This document shows positions 48,220-58,628 of a DNA stretch of 64,000 bases, one piece after another (position 1 is the first letter of the stretch; the number at the start of each line of letters is the position of its first letter). The notes below the pieces were generated by a model, which was not told where the DNA came from, made no database searches, and saw only the letters and a list, made by a program, of their open reading frames with translations. The position numbers and the translations under genes were made by a program. Source of the stretch: Candidatus Tectimicrobiota bacterium (lineage in GTDB: Bacteria > JACPUC01); contig JACPUC010000029.1 in the NCBI GenBank assembly GCA_016192455.1, positions 124,001 to 188,000 of the forward strand, written 5' to 3'.

Positions 48220-49509
48220 GTGGACGTTCCCCCTCTCGTCGCCTCGGCGCTGCTCAGCGCCGCCGCCCTCGGCGCCATCACCGCCTGGCTCTGCGTCTAC
48301 CTGCGGGTGGCGCGCGACTACCGCGCGCACCGCATCGACGCGCGCGCTCCCGAGCTGCCGGAGCCCCCGGCCTGGCCCGCTGTCTCCATCATCGTGCCGG
48401 CGCGCAACGAAGCGGAAAACATCATCCCCTGCCTCGAGACGCTCCTGGCGCAGGAGTATCCCCCCGCCGCGCCCCAGCCCTCCGCCTCACGTTCACCAAG
48501 GCAGGGCGGAGCCGCTCCGCAGCTTGAAATCATCGTCGTCGATGACGGCTCCACGGACGCCACCGCAGACCGCGCCCGTACCCGCATGGGCGGCCCCCTT
48601 CCCCTCGCGGTAGTGCGCGGCGAGGAGCCGCCCCCCGGCTGGATGGGCAAGCAGGCCGCCTGCATGCGCGGCGCCGCGGGCGCCCGGGGCGCCTGGCTCC
48701 TGTTCGTGGATGCCGATGCCCGCCTCCATCCGCAGGCGCTGCGCCGCGGCCTCGCCCTCTGCGCCGCGCGCCGCCTCAGCCTGCTGAGCTTCTCCCCCCG
48801 GCAGCGCTGCGCCAGCTTCTGGGAGCACCTTGTGCAGTCGCTCGTGTACCGCTTCCTGAATGTACGGTACAGCTACACGAAGGTCAATGATCCGGCCTCG
48901 CGCCAGGCCGCCGCCCACGGCGCGTTCCTCCTCATCGAGCGGCGCGCCTTCGAGGAGGTGGGCGGCTTCGCGCCGGCGCGCCACACGACCATCGATGACG
49001 CGGTGCTGGCGCAAACCGTGAAGGAGGCCGGGTTCGCAATCGGCTTCGCGCCGACTCTTGATCTCGTGGCGGTGCGCATGTACGCCGGCGCCCGCGCCCT
49101 CTGGAAGGGCTGGCCGAAGACCGCCTTCGCCTTCCTCGGCGAGCGCGCCGGCGCCCTCCTGGGCTACTCCCTCCTCATGATCGCCACCCACCTCCTGCCG
49201 AGCCTCCTCCTGGCGGCGTTCATGGCGCAGCTCCTCTCCGGCGGCGCCCGCCTCGTGAGCCTCGGTCCGGCGGCCCTGCCGCCCTTCCTGGCGCTCGCCG
49301 CGTTCCTCTTCTCCCTCGGCTGCGACGTGAGGCTGCGGCGCCGTGAGGGATTTGCGGCGTGGCCGGCGCTCCTCAACCCGCTCGGCGCCCTCTGCTGGCT
49401 GGCGCTCTTCTGGCAGGCCGCGCTGCGCCGCTGGCTCGGTTGCCCCGCCGTCTGGCGCGGTCGCCGCTATCCCGCCGCCAGCCAACCCGACTCTCAATCA
49501 AGAGCCTGA
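48220..49509 (+). CDS. Membrane GT2 glycosyltransferase (HpnB/CrtQ-like)
   Basis: SIIVPARNE, VVDDGSTD, GWMGK, LFVDAD, VRMY; C-terminal TM helices. Confidence 0.88.
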   Translation: MDVPPLVASALLSAAALGAITAWLCVYLRVARDYRAHRIDARAPELPEPPAWPAVSIIVPARNEAENIIPCLETLLAQEYPPAAPQPSASRSPRQGGAAPQLEIIVVDDGSTDATADRARTRMGGPLPLAVVRGEEPPPGWMGKQAACMRGAAGARGAWLLFVDADARLHPQALRRGLALCAARRLSLLSFSPRQRCASFWEHLVQSLVYRFLNVRYSYTKVNDPASRQAAAHGAFLLIERRAFEEVGGFAPARHTTIDDAVLAQTVKEAGFAIGFAPTLDLVAVRMYAGARALWKGWPKTAFAFLGERAGALLGYSLLMIATHLLPSLLLAAFMAQLLSGGARLVSLGPAALPPFLALAAFLFSLGCDVRLRRREGFAAWPALLNPLGALCWLALFWQAALRRWLGCPAVWRGRRYPAASQPDSQSRA

Positions 49510-49654
49510 GGGAACCTCCCGACCTGGTCAGCCCCGCTGCCTGATGGGGATGATCTTCGGCTTGGATAGCGATAGACTCTACATTGTGTTACAATACCAT
49601 GTAATGCTTGTATCCAGGTTTTCATCTCTTGTTCATGGTCTTTGGGAGGTTGCC

Positions 49655-50329
49655 ATGCAAAAAATGCTTGCTGGAGTTTTTGCGCTCATGCTAGCTATAG
49701 GATCAGCCGCCGGGCTTGCTGCCGCCGAGGGGAGCGTTCCTGGCGCGGCAGCCCCGGCGCCCGCCGGCCTGCAAGCCGCGACGGCAACCCGCGTGATCGA
49801 CGGCGACACCGTTGTCCTGGAGAGCGGCGAGCGCGTCCGCCTCCTGGGCATCGACGCGCCGGAACGCGGTGAGGCGGGGGCCGCGGCGGCCACGGCGCAG
49901 CTCTGGGCCTTCTTGCAGGAGGCGGAGCGCCATGCTCGCGGGCGCTTCCCCGATCCGGCTCAGGGCCATCCCGGGGAAGCGGTAGGCGACGGCGCGCCCC
50001 CAGCCGAGGGGCTGCGGGCGCCTCTCTGGCTGCGCTTCGAGGGACGCCGCCGCGACCGCTACCGGCGCCTATTGGCCTACCTCATTCGGGCGGACGGGGC
50101 CTGTCTCAACGCGGCCCTGGTGCGGCGAGGCGTCGTGCGCGTGCTGCGGCGCTATCCCTTCCAGGGGATGGAGGAGTTCCTGCGCCTGGAGGCCGAGGCC
50201 CAGGCAGAGCGCGTGGGGCTGTGGCGCGACGCTGAGCCGTCGCCGCAGCCCCGCCGGAGCGCCGCCGGCAGCCGCCTCCTGGCCCGCGGCCAGCCATCGC
50301 GGCGTAGCGTTCCCGCGGCATTGAAGTAG
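49655..50329 (+). CDS. Secreted thermonuclease (SNase-like)
   Basis: VIDGDT, VRLLGIDAPE, DRYRRLLAY, AQAERVGLW; ATG after GGAGG. Confidence 0.88.
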   Translation: MQKMLAGVFALMLAIGSAAGLAAAEGSVPGAAAPAPAGLQAATATRVIDGDTVVLESGERVRLLGIDAPERGEAGAAAATAQLWAFLQEAERHARGRFPDPAQGHPGEAVGDGAPPAEGLRAPLWLRFEGRRRDRYRRLLAYLIRADGACLNAALVRRGVVRVLRRYPFQGMEEFLRLEAEAQAERVGLWRDAEPSPQPRRSAAGSRLLARGQPSRRSVPAALK

Positions 50330-51019
50330 GTGGCTATGCCCTGCTCACTTCCCAGGCGTCGCCGCGCCGCCCTGCATTGGCTGCTGCTGGTGGTGCTTAC
50401 CGGGCTGGCGGGGTGCGGCGTGGCGCCCCAGCGGCTGCTCCACCCATTTCGGCCCCCGGCCGGGTACTGGGAAGAGGGCGTGGCCTCGTGGTATGGACCC
50501 CCGTTCCATGGCCGGCAGACCGCGAATGGGGAAGTCTACAACATGGACGGTCTTACCGCCGCTCATCGCACCCTGCCGCTCGGCGTTTGGGCCGACGTGA
50601 CGCATCTCGGCAACGGCCGCAGCGTGCGCGTCTGGGTGAATGACCGCGGCCCCTTCGTGCGCGGCCGCCTCATCGATCTCTCCCGCGGCGCGGCCCGCCA
50701 GCTCGGCATTCTCGACGATGGTCTGGCGCCGGTGCGCGTCGTCGTCAGCACCACGCACATGCAGCGCGCGCTGGAGCGGCTCCCCGAGCAACCCGTCTAC
50801 ACCCTCCAGGTCGGCTCCTTCCGCAGCGAGCGCAACGCCCGGCTGCTCCTCGAAAAGCTCCGCCCCCGCTACGACGACGTCTTCGTGCAAAAGCATGACG
50901 AGCGCGACCTGACATTCTACCGCGTGCGCGTCGGCAAGTTCCCCAGCGACACTTCCGCGCGGAGCGTGGAGCGGCGCCTGGAGGGCGACGGCTATGAGCC
51001 GCTGTTGACGGCGCAGTGA
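50330..51019 (+). CDS. rlpA: Septal ring lytic transglycosylase lipoprotein with SPOR domain
   Basis: Lipobox LAGC, ASWYG, TAAHRTLP, NDRGPF, IDLS, QVGSF. Confidence 0.92.
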   Translation: MAMPCSLPRRRRAALHWLLLVVLTGLAGCGVAPQRLLHPFRPPAGYWEEGVASWYGPPFHGRQTANGEVYNMDGLTAAHRTLPLGVWADVTHLGNGRSVRVWVNDRGPFVRGRLIDLSRGAARQLGILDDGLAPVRVVVSTTHMQRALERLPEQPVYTLQVGSFRSERNARLLLEKLRPRYDDVFVQKHDERDLTFYRVRVGKFPSDTSARSVERRLEGDGYEPLLTAQ

Positions 51020-51181
51020 GCGATCCGCCGCGGCATCGTTCCCCTCGACACCGGCGGCGGCGCTGACCATATTCGTTGCAGGAGCAGCTTCCCCGCCCTG
51101 GGAGGGAGTAAGAGTATGGCCGGGCCGTGACCGCACGGCACGGGGAAGAGGCGCGCTTCGAGAGGACCTCCGCGAAACCTT

Positions 51182-52135
51182 ATGGACACCATCACCCACG
51201 GGCTCGTCGGCGTGGTCGGTTCAAGGATGGGGGTGCGCGAGCACTTCGGCACACCCGTGGGGCGACTCTTCGTGCTCAGCACCATCCTGCCGGACATCGA
51301 CAACGTGGCGCGGCTCGCCGGGCCGCTCAGCTCGCTGGCGCATCACCGCGGCATCACCCACTCCATCTTCGGCGCCGCCGCGATCGCCCTGCTGCTTGCC
51401 GCGCTGGCGCGCTGGCGCTGGAGCACGCAGGCCTGGTGGAAACTCTGGGTCGTCTTCTACCTCGGGCTCCTCTCCCACATCCTGCTCGATCTGCTGACCT
51501 CGTTCGGCACCCTGATCTTCACCCCCTTCTCCTCGGCCCGCTACAGCCTTGACGCGCTCTTCATCATCGATCTCAGTTTCACCGGCATCTGCGTCGCCAC
51601 CTTGCTGCTGACGCGCCGGCGCCACGGGCCGCAGCGCAGCCTGCGCCGGGCCCGCCTCGGCGGCCTCGTCCTGGCGGGCTACGTGGCGGTGGCCCTGGTG
51701 AACCACCAGCTTGCCGTGCTGCGCGTGCGGGACGCCCACCCGCTGGGGAAGCAGCTCGAAGTGGCCGCGCAGCCCTTCTACCCCACCTTCCTCAACTGGC
51801 GCGGCTTCGTCAAGACAGCGGATGGCTACGATGTGGCGTCCCTCTTCCTCCTTGATCCCCGGCCGCTCTCCTTCGAGCACGTCACCTCCGAGCAGGACAC
51901 CCCGCACGCGCGCCTGGCGGGCAACCTCAGCCTGGTGAAGCTCTACTACTGGTTCGCTCGCTTCCCCGTGGTGCGGGTGTCGAGCGGCGCGGAGGGGACC
52001 GAGGTGAAGCTCTACGACCTCCGCTTCACGGGCCTGCTGCGGCGCGAGCCGCCGTTCGTGATGCGGGTGCACATCACCCCCAGCGGCCGCGCCAGCGCCA
52101 TTCTCTTCGGGGACCACATCTACCCGGTCGAGTAG
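51182..52135 (+). CDS. Membrane-bound metal-dependent hydrolase (YdjM-like)
   Basis: MDTITH, LPDID, HRGITHS, SHILLD. Confidence 0.88.
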   Translation: MDTITHGLVGVVGSRMGVREHFGTPVGRLFVLSTILPDIDNVARLAGPLSSLAHHRGITHSIFGAAAIALLLAALARWRWSTQAWWKLWVVFYLGLLSHILLDLLTSFGTLIFTPFSSARYSLDALFIIDLSFTGICVATLLLTRRRHGPQRSLRRARLGGLVLAGYVAVALVNHQLAVLRVRDAHPLGKQLEVAAQPFYPTFLNWRGFVKTADGYDVASLFLLDPRPLSFEHVTSEQDTPHARLAGNLSLVKLYYWFARFPVVRVSSGAEGTEVKLYDLRFTGLLRREPPFVMRVHITPSGRASAILFGDHIYPVE

Positions 52136-52407
52136 GGCGGGCGCAGCCGCCGCTCCGCGGCGCCCCCCAGCGTCCGGCTCGGCTTCCCTGCCACGTCGGC
52201 ATCGACCCGGGGGGAGTTGCGTGTCGAGCTGGGCGCGCGACCGTGCTCCTGCTTGAAATCAGCGCCACGATCAGCTATGTTTGTGCCTAGCGCATGGTGT
52301 GGTGGTCCCATACCCCAGGTTCACGGTTTGATTCCAACTGTCGTGCTCTGAGCCTGCAACGCTCTCCACAACGTTCTTTGCAGGGGAGAACCCCCTCCTC
52401 ACGCGGT

Positions 52408-52482
52408 GCCCCCGTAGCTCAGGGGATAGAGCAGTGGACTCCGGATCCATGTGCGCAGGTTCGACTCCTGCCGGGGGTACCA
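52408..52482 (+). tRNA. tRNA-Arg (anticodon CCG)
   Basis: Acceptor GCCCCCG/CGGGGGT, D-arm, anticodon arm GTGGA-CTCCGGA-TCCAT, GGTTCGACTCC, encoded CCA. Confidence 0.95.
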
Positions 52483-52554
52483 TGTTTCCCTTTTGAAGCC
52501 CTGCCTCCAGGCGCCCGGCCTTCGTCATCAGCGGGGCGCGCTGTCGGCGCGGCG

Positions 52555-53637
52555 GTGTTCCCGGCCACGCCGCGGCCGAGGTGTGGCCGCGGCAGTCGCG
52601 CCACCGCCGGGCTGGCGCGCTGGAGTGCGGCGCTGCTGCTGTTTCTTGCCAGCCTCCTGGCCGGGCCCGAGGCAGGGGGCGCAGCGCCGACCTCCCCCTG
52701 GCTCAGCAGGGAAACCGCGCACTTCACGGTCCGCTACACCAAGGTTGATGCGTACATCACGGAGACGCTCGTCGCCATCGCGGAGTCAAGCTATGCCGAG
52801 GTGGCCACGGCCTTGGGCGTGGCCGAGGCGTTCCGCGCGGACCTCTACGTGGCGCCCGACGAGGCCACCTTCGAGCAGCTCCTGCGCGGCGCGGCGCGCC
52901 TTCCCGAGTGGGTCGCCGGAGTGGCCGTGCCGCAGCGGCGGCTCATCCTCCTCAAGTCGCCACGCCTGCTGAAAGGCCTCGAGCCTCACTACCCCTCCCT
53001 CCTGCCGCACGAGCTGAGCCATCTCCTCCTGGCGCAACGTCTGGGCGCGTGCGACGAGGCGCCGAGCTGGCTTGATGAAGGCTTGGCGCAGTACCTGGCG
53101 CAGGAATGGGACATGGGCAAGCGGGCCACCCTGCTGAAGGCATCGCTGACCGGCAGCTTCCTGCCCTTGGGGGAGATCACCGCCGGCTTTCCACGCCAGC
53201 GGGAGCTGGCGGAGCTCGCCTATGCCGAAGGCCTCAGCTTCGTCAGCTACCTCATCCGGGTGCAAGGATGGTCGGGCATTCAGCGACTGCTCACGGCGCT
53301 GCGCGCCAGGTGCGACTTCGAGCCGGCCTTCAGGGAGGCCTACGCGGCCAGCCTGCGCAGCTACGAAGCGGCCTGGCTGGCGCGCCTGAAGGAGCGCTAC
53401 ACCTGGCTGCCCGTCCTCACCGGCGGCGGCTCCCTCTTCTTCCTCGGGGCGCTCCTGGTGGTGACCGGTTACGTGCGCAAGCGGCGCGCCACGAAAGCGA
53501 AGCTGCGGCAGTGGGAGGAGGAGGAGCAGGCGGCGCGGATGTCCGCTGCGGTGCGCGTGCTGCGCCACTCGCGCCCTCGCCCCGCCGCCCGGCAGGGGGA
53601 CGCCGAGCCCGGCCCGGATGACCCGGAACGACACTAG
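52555..53637 (+). CDS. Peptidase MA-like zinc metallopeptidase with C-terminal TM helix
   Basis: HELSH and WLDEGLAQY; start uncertain because the long ORF overlaps the tRNA. Confidence 0.8.
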   Translation: MFPATPRPRCGRGSRATAGLARWSAALLLFLASLLAGPEAGGAAPTSPWLSRETAHFTVRYTKVDAYITETLVAIAESSYAEVATALGVAEAFRADLYVAPDEATFEQLLRGAARLPEWVAGVAVPQRRLILLKSPRLLKGLEPHYPSLLPHELSHLLLAQRLGACDEAPSWLDEGLAQYLAQEWDMGKRATLLKASLTGSFLPLGEITAGFPRQRELAELAYAEGLSFVSYLIRVQGWSGIQRLLTALRARCDFEPAFREAYAASLRSYEAAWLARLKERYTWLPVLTGGGSLFFLGALLVVTGYVRKRRATKAKLRQWEEEEQAARMSAAVRVLRHSRPRPAARQGDAEPGPDDPERH

Positions 53638-53927
53638 CTCGGCGGACGGTCCTGGGCGCCCGCTCCAGGCGGCGCAGGCGCAGTCCCGGCGTGCTCGTGT
53701 CCAAGCGCAGGAGACTTCCCGCGGCCCCCCCTTTGTTTGCGGTCTCCGCTTCTCCTTGAGCCGCACTCCTCGAACCACCGGCAGCCGGCGATGAAGCCCG
53801 CGGCGCCGACCCGTGCCCCGAAGGACGCGCGTCGCCGCCGACCTGCCTGTCGGCGGACAGGGGCGCGGCGGGAGCCAGCGCGCCCGCCGATGTCCTCCTG
53901 TCGGCGGCAGGGAAATGAGGACGGATC

Positions 53928-54542
53928 ATGCCAGACGGCTGGTGGTCGATCATCGTGCTCCCCTTCATCAGTGCGGTCATCGGCTGGATCACCAATCTGC
54001 TGGCCATTACCATGCTCTTCCGGCCGCGCACCCCGCGGCGGATTCTGTGGTGGACCCTCTGGGGGCTGCTGCCGCGGCGGCAGGCGGAGCTGGCGCGCAG
54101 CATCGCCGCGGTGGTCTCCGATGAGCTGCTGTCGCAGCGGGATGTCGCCGAATTCCTGAAACAGAGCGCCGCTCATAAGCACCTGCGCACGGTCCTCCAG
54201 GAGCGCCTCGACGCCGTCCTGGAGGAGAAGCTCGGCGCGCTCCTCCCCATCATCATCAGGTACCTGTCGTCGGACTTTCATAGCAAGATCAAGGAGGCCA
54301 TCGGCGAGGTGGTCGATCCGGTCATCTCTTGGTTCATCACCAAGGCGGCCGAGAACTTCGAGGAGGTGGTCGATTTCCGCGCCATCGTGGAGGAGAAGGT
54401 GAACACCTTCGACCTGGCTGACCTCGAGCGCCTGGTGCGCCAGGTTGCCGGCCGGGAGCTGCGCTCGATCGAATACTTCGGGGGTGTCCTGGGTTTCCTC
54501 ATCGGCTGGGTGCAGGTGCTGGTGCTGGCGCTGTCGCGCTGA
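53928..54542 (+). CDS. DUF445 family membrane protein
   Basis: IGWITN.LAI.MLFRP...ELRSIEYFGGVLGFLIG. Confidence 0.88.
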   Translation: MPDGWWSIIVLPFISAVIGWITNLLAITMLFRPRTPRRILWWTLWGLLPRRQAELARSIAAVVSDELLSQRDVAEFLKQSAAHKHLRTVLQERLDAVLEEKLGALLPIIIRYLSSDFHSKIKEAIGEVVDPVISWFITKAAENFEEVVDFRAIVEEKVNTFDLADLERLVRQVAGRELRSIEYFGGVLGFLIGWVQVLVLALSR

Positions 54543-54838
54543 GCCATTCGCCATGGAGTCGGTGATCGGGACCCTGGGCCGCCGCGCCGCGCCCCGCCGA
54601 GGCTGGCCACGGAGAAGCTCTCGATGGTAGGATGGGAGACCGCGCTGCCGCAGTCCCCCCAGTCTCTCCATGCCGCGCGGAGACCGCGGGACGGTCGGCG
54701 CTGCCGCGCGCTGAGGACGCCCCCTTCGCGCCGCGCCTGCAGCCGAGACCCTCGAAGGCGGCGGCCGCTTGGTTCGGCGAACAACGCCGCGACGCACTTG
54801 GAACCCTCGTTGCCTGCTGGTGCAAGGAGAAACGAACG

Positions 54839-56410
54839 ATGCTCCTCGGTGATATCCTGGCGCGGCACAGCCGCGTCATGCCGGCGAAGGTGGCGCTCAT
54901 CTGCGGCGAAGACCGGGTGACGTGGGGGGAGCTTGAGCAGCGCACGACGAAGCTGGCCCAGGGGCTGCTGCAGGCGGGGTTCCGGCGCGGCGACAAGATT
55001 GCCATCGTGCTGCGCAACCGCATCGAATACCTCGAAACCCTCTACGCGCTTGCCAAGGCCGGCATGGTGGCGGTGATCCCCAACAGCAAGCTGAGCGCCG
55101 CCGAGCTCTGCCACCTGTTGAACGAGGCGGAGGCGCTGGCCGTGGTGACGGAGCCGAGCTTCGACGCGAAGGTCGCCGAGATGCGCCCGGGTTTTCGGAC
55201 CATCGAGACGATCATCGGCGTCGATGGCGCCGGCGGCGCGGAGCGCGAGTTGGGCGAGCTGCGGGCGCGCGCGCCGGAGGGACCGCTGCCCTATCGCCCC
55301 AACGAGAACGACCACCTGCTCCTGCCGTTCACCAGCGGCACCACCGGGCTGCCCAAGGGCGTCATCCTCACCCACAAGAACGCCTGCGCCGGGGCGATGA
55401 CCCAGCTCATCGCCAAGGGGTTCCGGGCCGATGACCTGGGCTTCCTCGTCAGCCCCCTCTTCTTCGTTGGGCCGCTCTGCGGCAGCGTCGGCGCCCTGAT
55501 GCTGCGCGGCTGCACGCTGATCCTCCTCGACTTCGAGGTGCAGCGTCTTCTCGAAACCATCCAGCGGCACGGCGCCACCACGGGGTCCCTCGTGCCGAGC
55601 ATACTGCGGCGCGTGGTGCTGCATCCCGCCGTAGGTCGGTATAACCTCGGCAGCTTGCGCTCCGTCTTCACCTCAGGGTCGCCGGTTCCCCTCGACATGC
55701 TGCGCCACGCCCTGGAGGTGCTGGGGCCGAAGATTCAAACCGGCATGGGGATGACGGAGACGAGCTCGAACGGCGCCCTGCTCACGGAGGAGGAGGTCGT
55801 CGAGGCCACCCGCCAGCGCGGACCCGACGCACCCTCCCTCTGCGCCATCGGCGCGCCGATGTGCGGCATGGAGGCGACCCTCCTGAAGGACTCGGGGGAA
55901 GAGATTCCCTTCGGCAGCGACGAGGTGGGGGAGATCGCCTTGCGCGGCGACAGCGTCATGGTGGGCTACTGGAAGCAGCCGGAGGCGACCGCGGAGGTCC
56001 TCAGCCCCGACGGCTGGCTGCGCAGCGGCGACCTTGCGTTTCGCGATGCGCGCGGCTGGCTGCACATTGTGGACCGCAAGAAAGACATCATCATCAGCGG
56101 CGGCATCAACATCACCCCGAGCGAGATCGAGATGTGCCTCGCCGAGCACGAGGCGGTGGATGAGGCCGTGGTGATCGGCGTGCCGGACGAGCGCTGGGGC
56201 GAGACAATCAAGGCCATTGTGGTGCGCAAACCCGGCGCCCACTGCACCGCCGAGGACCTCATCGACTTCTGCCGCCGGCGCCTGGCCTCCTACAAGAAAC
56301 CGACCTCCGTCGACTTCACCGATGAACTGCCGCGCAGCGCCACCGGCAAGGTGCTGAAGCGCACCCTGCGGGAACGCTACTGGGGCAGCCGCCGCGAGCA
56401 GGTGTCGTAG
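54839..56410 (+). CDS. Acyl-CoA synthetase (AMP-binding)
   Basis: FTSGTTGLPKG, GMTE, SGDL, DRKKDIIISGG, TGKVLK; ATG after AAGGAG. Confidence 0.92.
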   Translation: MLLGDILARHSRVMPAKVALICGEDRVTWGELEQRTTKLAQGLLQAGFRRGDKIAIVLRNRIEYLETLYALAKAGMVAVIPNSKLSAAELCHLLNEAEALAVVTEPSFDAKVAEMRPGFRTIETIIGVDGAGGAERELGELRARAPEGPLPYRPNENDHLLLPFTSGTTGLPKGVILTHKNACAGAMTQLIAKGFRADDLGFLVSPLFFVGPLCGSVGALMLRGCTLILLDFEVQRLLETIQRHGATTGSLVPSILRRVVLHPAVGRYNLGSLRSVFTSGSPVPLDMLRHALEVLGPKIQTGMGMTETSSNGALLTEEEVVEATRQRGPDAPSLCAIGAPMCGMEATLLKDSGEEIPFGSDEVGEIALRGDSVMVGYWKQPEATAEVLSPDGWLRSGDLAFRDARGWLHIVDRKKDIIISGGINITPSEIEMCLAEHEAVDEAVVIGVPDERWGETIKAIVVRKPGAHCTAEDLIDFCRRRLASYKKPTSVDFTDELPRSATGKVLKRTLRERYWGSRREQVS

Positions 56411-56506
56411 CGCTGGGTCACCCGAGGCCCCCGCGCCGCCCCCGCGTCACCGGCGAGCCGCGCGCGAGGTTGGTGCACGGGAGCCGTTTGCCGCCGGGGG
56501 GAATCT

Positions 56507-57490
56507 CTACGCCGCGCTCTCCAGCTTCAGAAGCCTGGCGGCGGTCCCACCCAAGATATTGTGCAGCACGGTGGGCCCCAGGGAGAGCCCGGAGATCGCC
56601 TGGATATAGCCGCGGATGCCCTCGCCGCTGGTGATCTCCTGGGGATAGTCGGAGCCGAAGAGGAGGCGCTCCGGCGGCATGGTGAGGAGAAAACTCAGGA
56701 GCGCATTCATCCAGCCGAAGAAGCCGCCGGCGTCGAAGTAGAGACGGCTGATTCCGTCTCGGAACTGCTCCACCTTGGAGGGCTCATCGAGGCCGAAGAA
56801 GCTCTTCTCCTGGTAGCGCTCGATGCGCCCGGCGAGGGTGGTGAGGCCGCCGCCAAAGTGAGCGATGACGAGGTTCAGGCGCGGGTGGCGCTCCAGGACG
56901 CCACCCAGAATGAGCCGCACGATCGCCACCACCAGGTCGAACTCCCGGCCGATACAGCGCGCCAGATCATAGTCGTTCAAGAGGGCATAGCCTTTCGGCG
57001 CCGCGGGAGGGTGTACGAAAACCGGCACGTCGAGCTCTTCGACAAGGCTGTAGAACTCCTCGAGCTCCGGCGCGTCCAGTGAAGCCAGCCGCTCGCCGAC
57101 CACCACTTGCGAGACGATCGAAACGCCGCGCAGACCGTTGCGAACGCTCCGCTCCAATTCCCGCAGGCCCTCGCTCCCCCCTGCCGGCGGCAGATGCGCC
57201 AACCCCACCATGCGGCGCGGATAGCGCTGCTGCAGCTCAGCCAGCTCTTCATTAACCAGCCGACACATCGCCAGCGACGCATTCCAGCCGAGCGGCGACG
57301 AGAGCACGGCGGTGTCGAGACCGGCGCGCTCCATGTCCTCGAGGCGCAGCTCCATGTTGTACTGCTTCTCGCGCGCAGTGAAGCGCGGCTGGCCATCGCG
57401 GTCGTAGACGACCGCCTGCGTCTGGCCGGGTTTGAGGTGCTCGCGCAGCAGGGCGAGGGGCATGAAGTGGGAGTGGAAATCGATGCGCAT
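56507..57490 (-). CDS. Amidohydrolase_2 family protein (ACMSD/aromatic decarboxylase-like)
   Basis: IDFHSH, FVHP, AHFGG, LYFD, FGSDYP. Confidence 0.88.
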   Translation of the reverse strand: MRIDFHSHFMPLALLREHLKPGQTQAVVYDRDGQPRFTAREKQYNMELRLEDMERAGLDTAVLSSPLGWNASLAMCRLVNEELAELQQRYPRRMVGLAHLPPAGGSEGLRELERSVRNGLRGVSIVSQVVVGERLASLDAPELEEFYSLVEELDVPVFVHPPAAPKGYALLNDYDLARCIGREFDLVVAIVRLILGGVLERHPRLNLVIAHFGGGLTTLAGRIERYQEKSFFGLDEPSKVEQFRDGISRLYFDAGGFFGWMNALLSFLLTMPPERLLFGSDYPQEITSGEGIRGYIQAISGLSLGPTVLHNILGGTAARLLKLESAA

Positions 57491-57598
57491 GAGCCTTGGC
57501 CTTCGTGGCGACGCGGTCGTTGAGCGCCGCGACCGGCGCGGCTCCGCGCCGCCAGCCGCGCGGCGGACTCGGCGGCGACGGCATCCGCCGGGGAATCG

Positions 57599-58291
57599 TC
57601 ACTCGCCCTCGAGGAGCACCCGCAGCGCCCGCGGGTCGAGCAGGCGCACGCGGCCCTGCGCATCTTCGATCAGGCCGCTGTCGCGCAGCACGCTGAAGGT
57701 GCGGGACAACGTCTCGCTGGTGATGGAGAGCTGCGCGGCAAGGAGCTTCTTTTTTGTCGGCAGGCGCACCGTCGCGCCCGCCGCCGCCTCGTCACCCGCG
57801 AGGCTGAGGAGGTAGGCCGCGAGGCGCGCCCGGGCGTCGCGCAGGGTGAGGTTCTCGACCATGGTGGCGAGACGCCGCGCCCATTGGGAGATGGAGGCTA
57901 GGAGGCGCAGGAGAAGTTCGGGCCGGGCTTGCAAGGTCTTGAGGAAGGGAATGCGGCGCATGAAGACGAGCCGCGCATCATCCAGCACGAACGCCGTCGC
58001 GGGGTAGTCGCCGCCGGCGAAGAGCGCCACCTCGGCGAAGGAGTCGCCGGCGCGCACGACGTGGAGTACCTGCTCGCGGCCGGCGGGGGACATCTTGGAA
58101 ATCTTCACGGTGCCGCGATCGACGATGTAGAACCCTTCACACCGGTCGCCCTCCGAAAAGAGAACGGCGCCATGCGGGTGCTCCTGCAGGAGGGCGGCGG
58201 CGGCGAGTTCCCGCAGCTCCTCTTCCCTCAAGCTGCTGAACATGGGGCAGCGGGAGAGGATGCCGACGATCTCCTCAGCCTTGGTTGCCAT
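57599..58291 (-). CDS. Crp/Fnr family regulator (no N-terminal Cys cluster)
   Basis: G.VKISK...GREQ, FAE.ALF, HTH recognition helix ETLSR. Confidence 0.92.
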   Translation of the reverse strand: MATKAEEIVGILSRCPMFSSLREEELRELAAAALLQEHPHGAVLFSEGDRCEGFYIVDRGTVKISKMSPAGREQVLHVVRAGDSFAEVALFAGGDYPATAFVLDDARLVFMRRIPFLKTLQARPELLLRLLASISQWARRLATMVENLTLRDARARLAAYLLSLAGDEAAAGATVRLPTKKKLLAAQLSITSETLSRTFSVLRDSGLIEDAQGRVRLLDPRALRVLLEGE

Positions 58292-58628
58292 GCTGCCAGC
58301 TTATCGGGGCTGGGCAGTCTCCCCCACAGCCCCTTGCTCATCCCACCTCGCATGGGGAAAACGGCTGCCGCTGACTGCCGCTCCTCTTCCATGCTTGCTT
58401 TCCTGATCCCGATCCACGGCCCCCCAGCCTGGCTCGCAGGGGGGAGAGCCTGCCCCTGCCGGCCTCCGGATCACTCTCCCCGGCAGGCGCCACGCATCCC
58501 GCTGCCTTCGCCGGCCGCCCCCCGTGCGCGCACCGGGGCAGCGCACAAGCTGCTGACCTGCGGCCCCCCTCCGCAACCGCAGGTCAGCGCGCTCCACCGC
58601 GGCGCCACGTCGCGCCGCGGGCACGGGT

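Noticed and set aside
52294-52554. N-terminal extension of the peptidase ORF
   Set aside because: Overlaps the tRNA gene; the real start must be downstream
52408-52560. tRNA-Arg as an island integration site
   Set aside because: No integrase and no duplicated tRNA 3' end seen in the window; flanks are host-like
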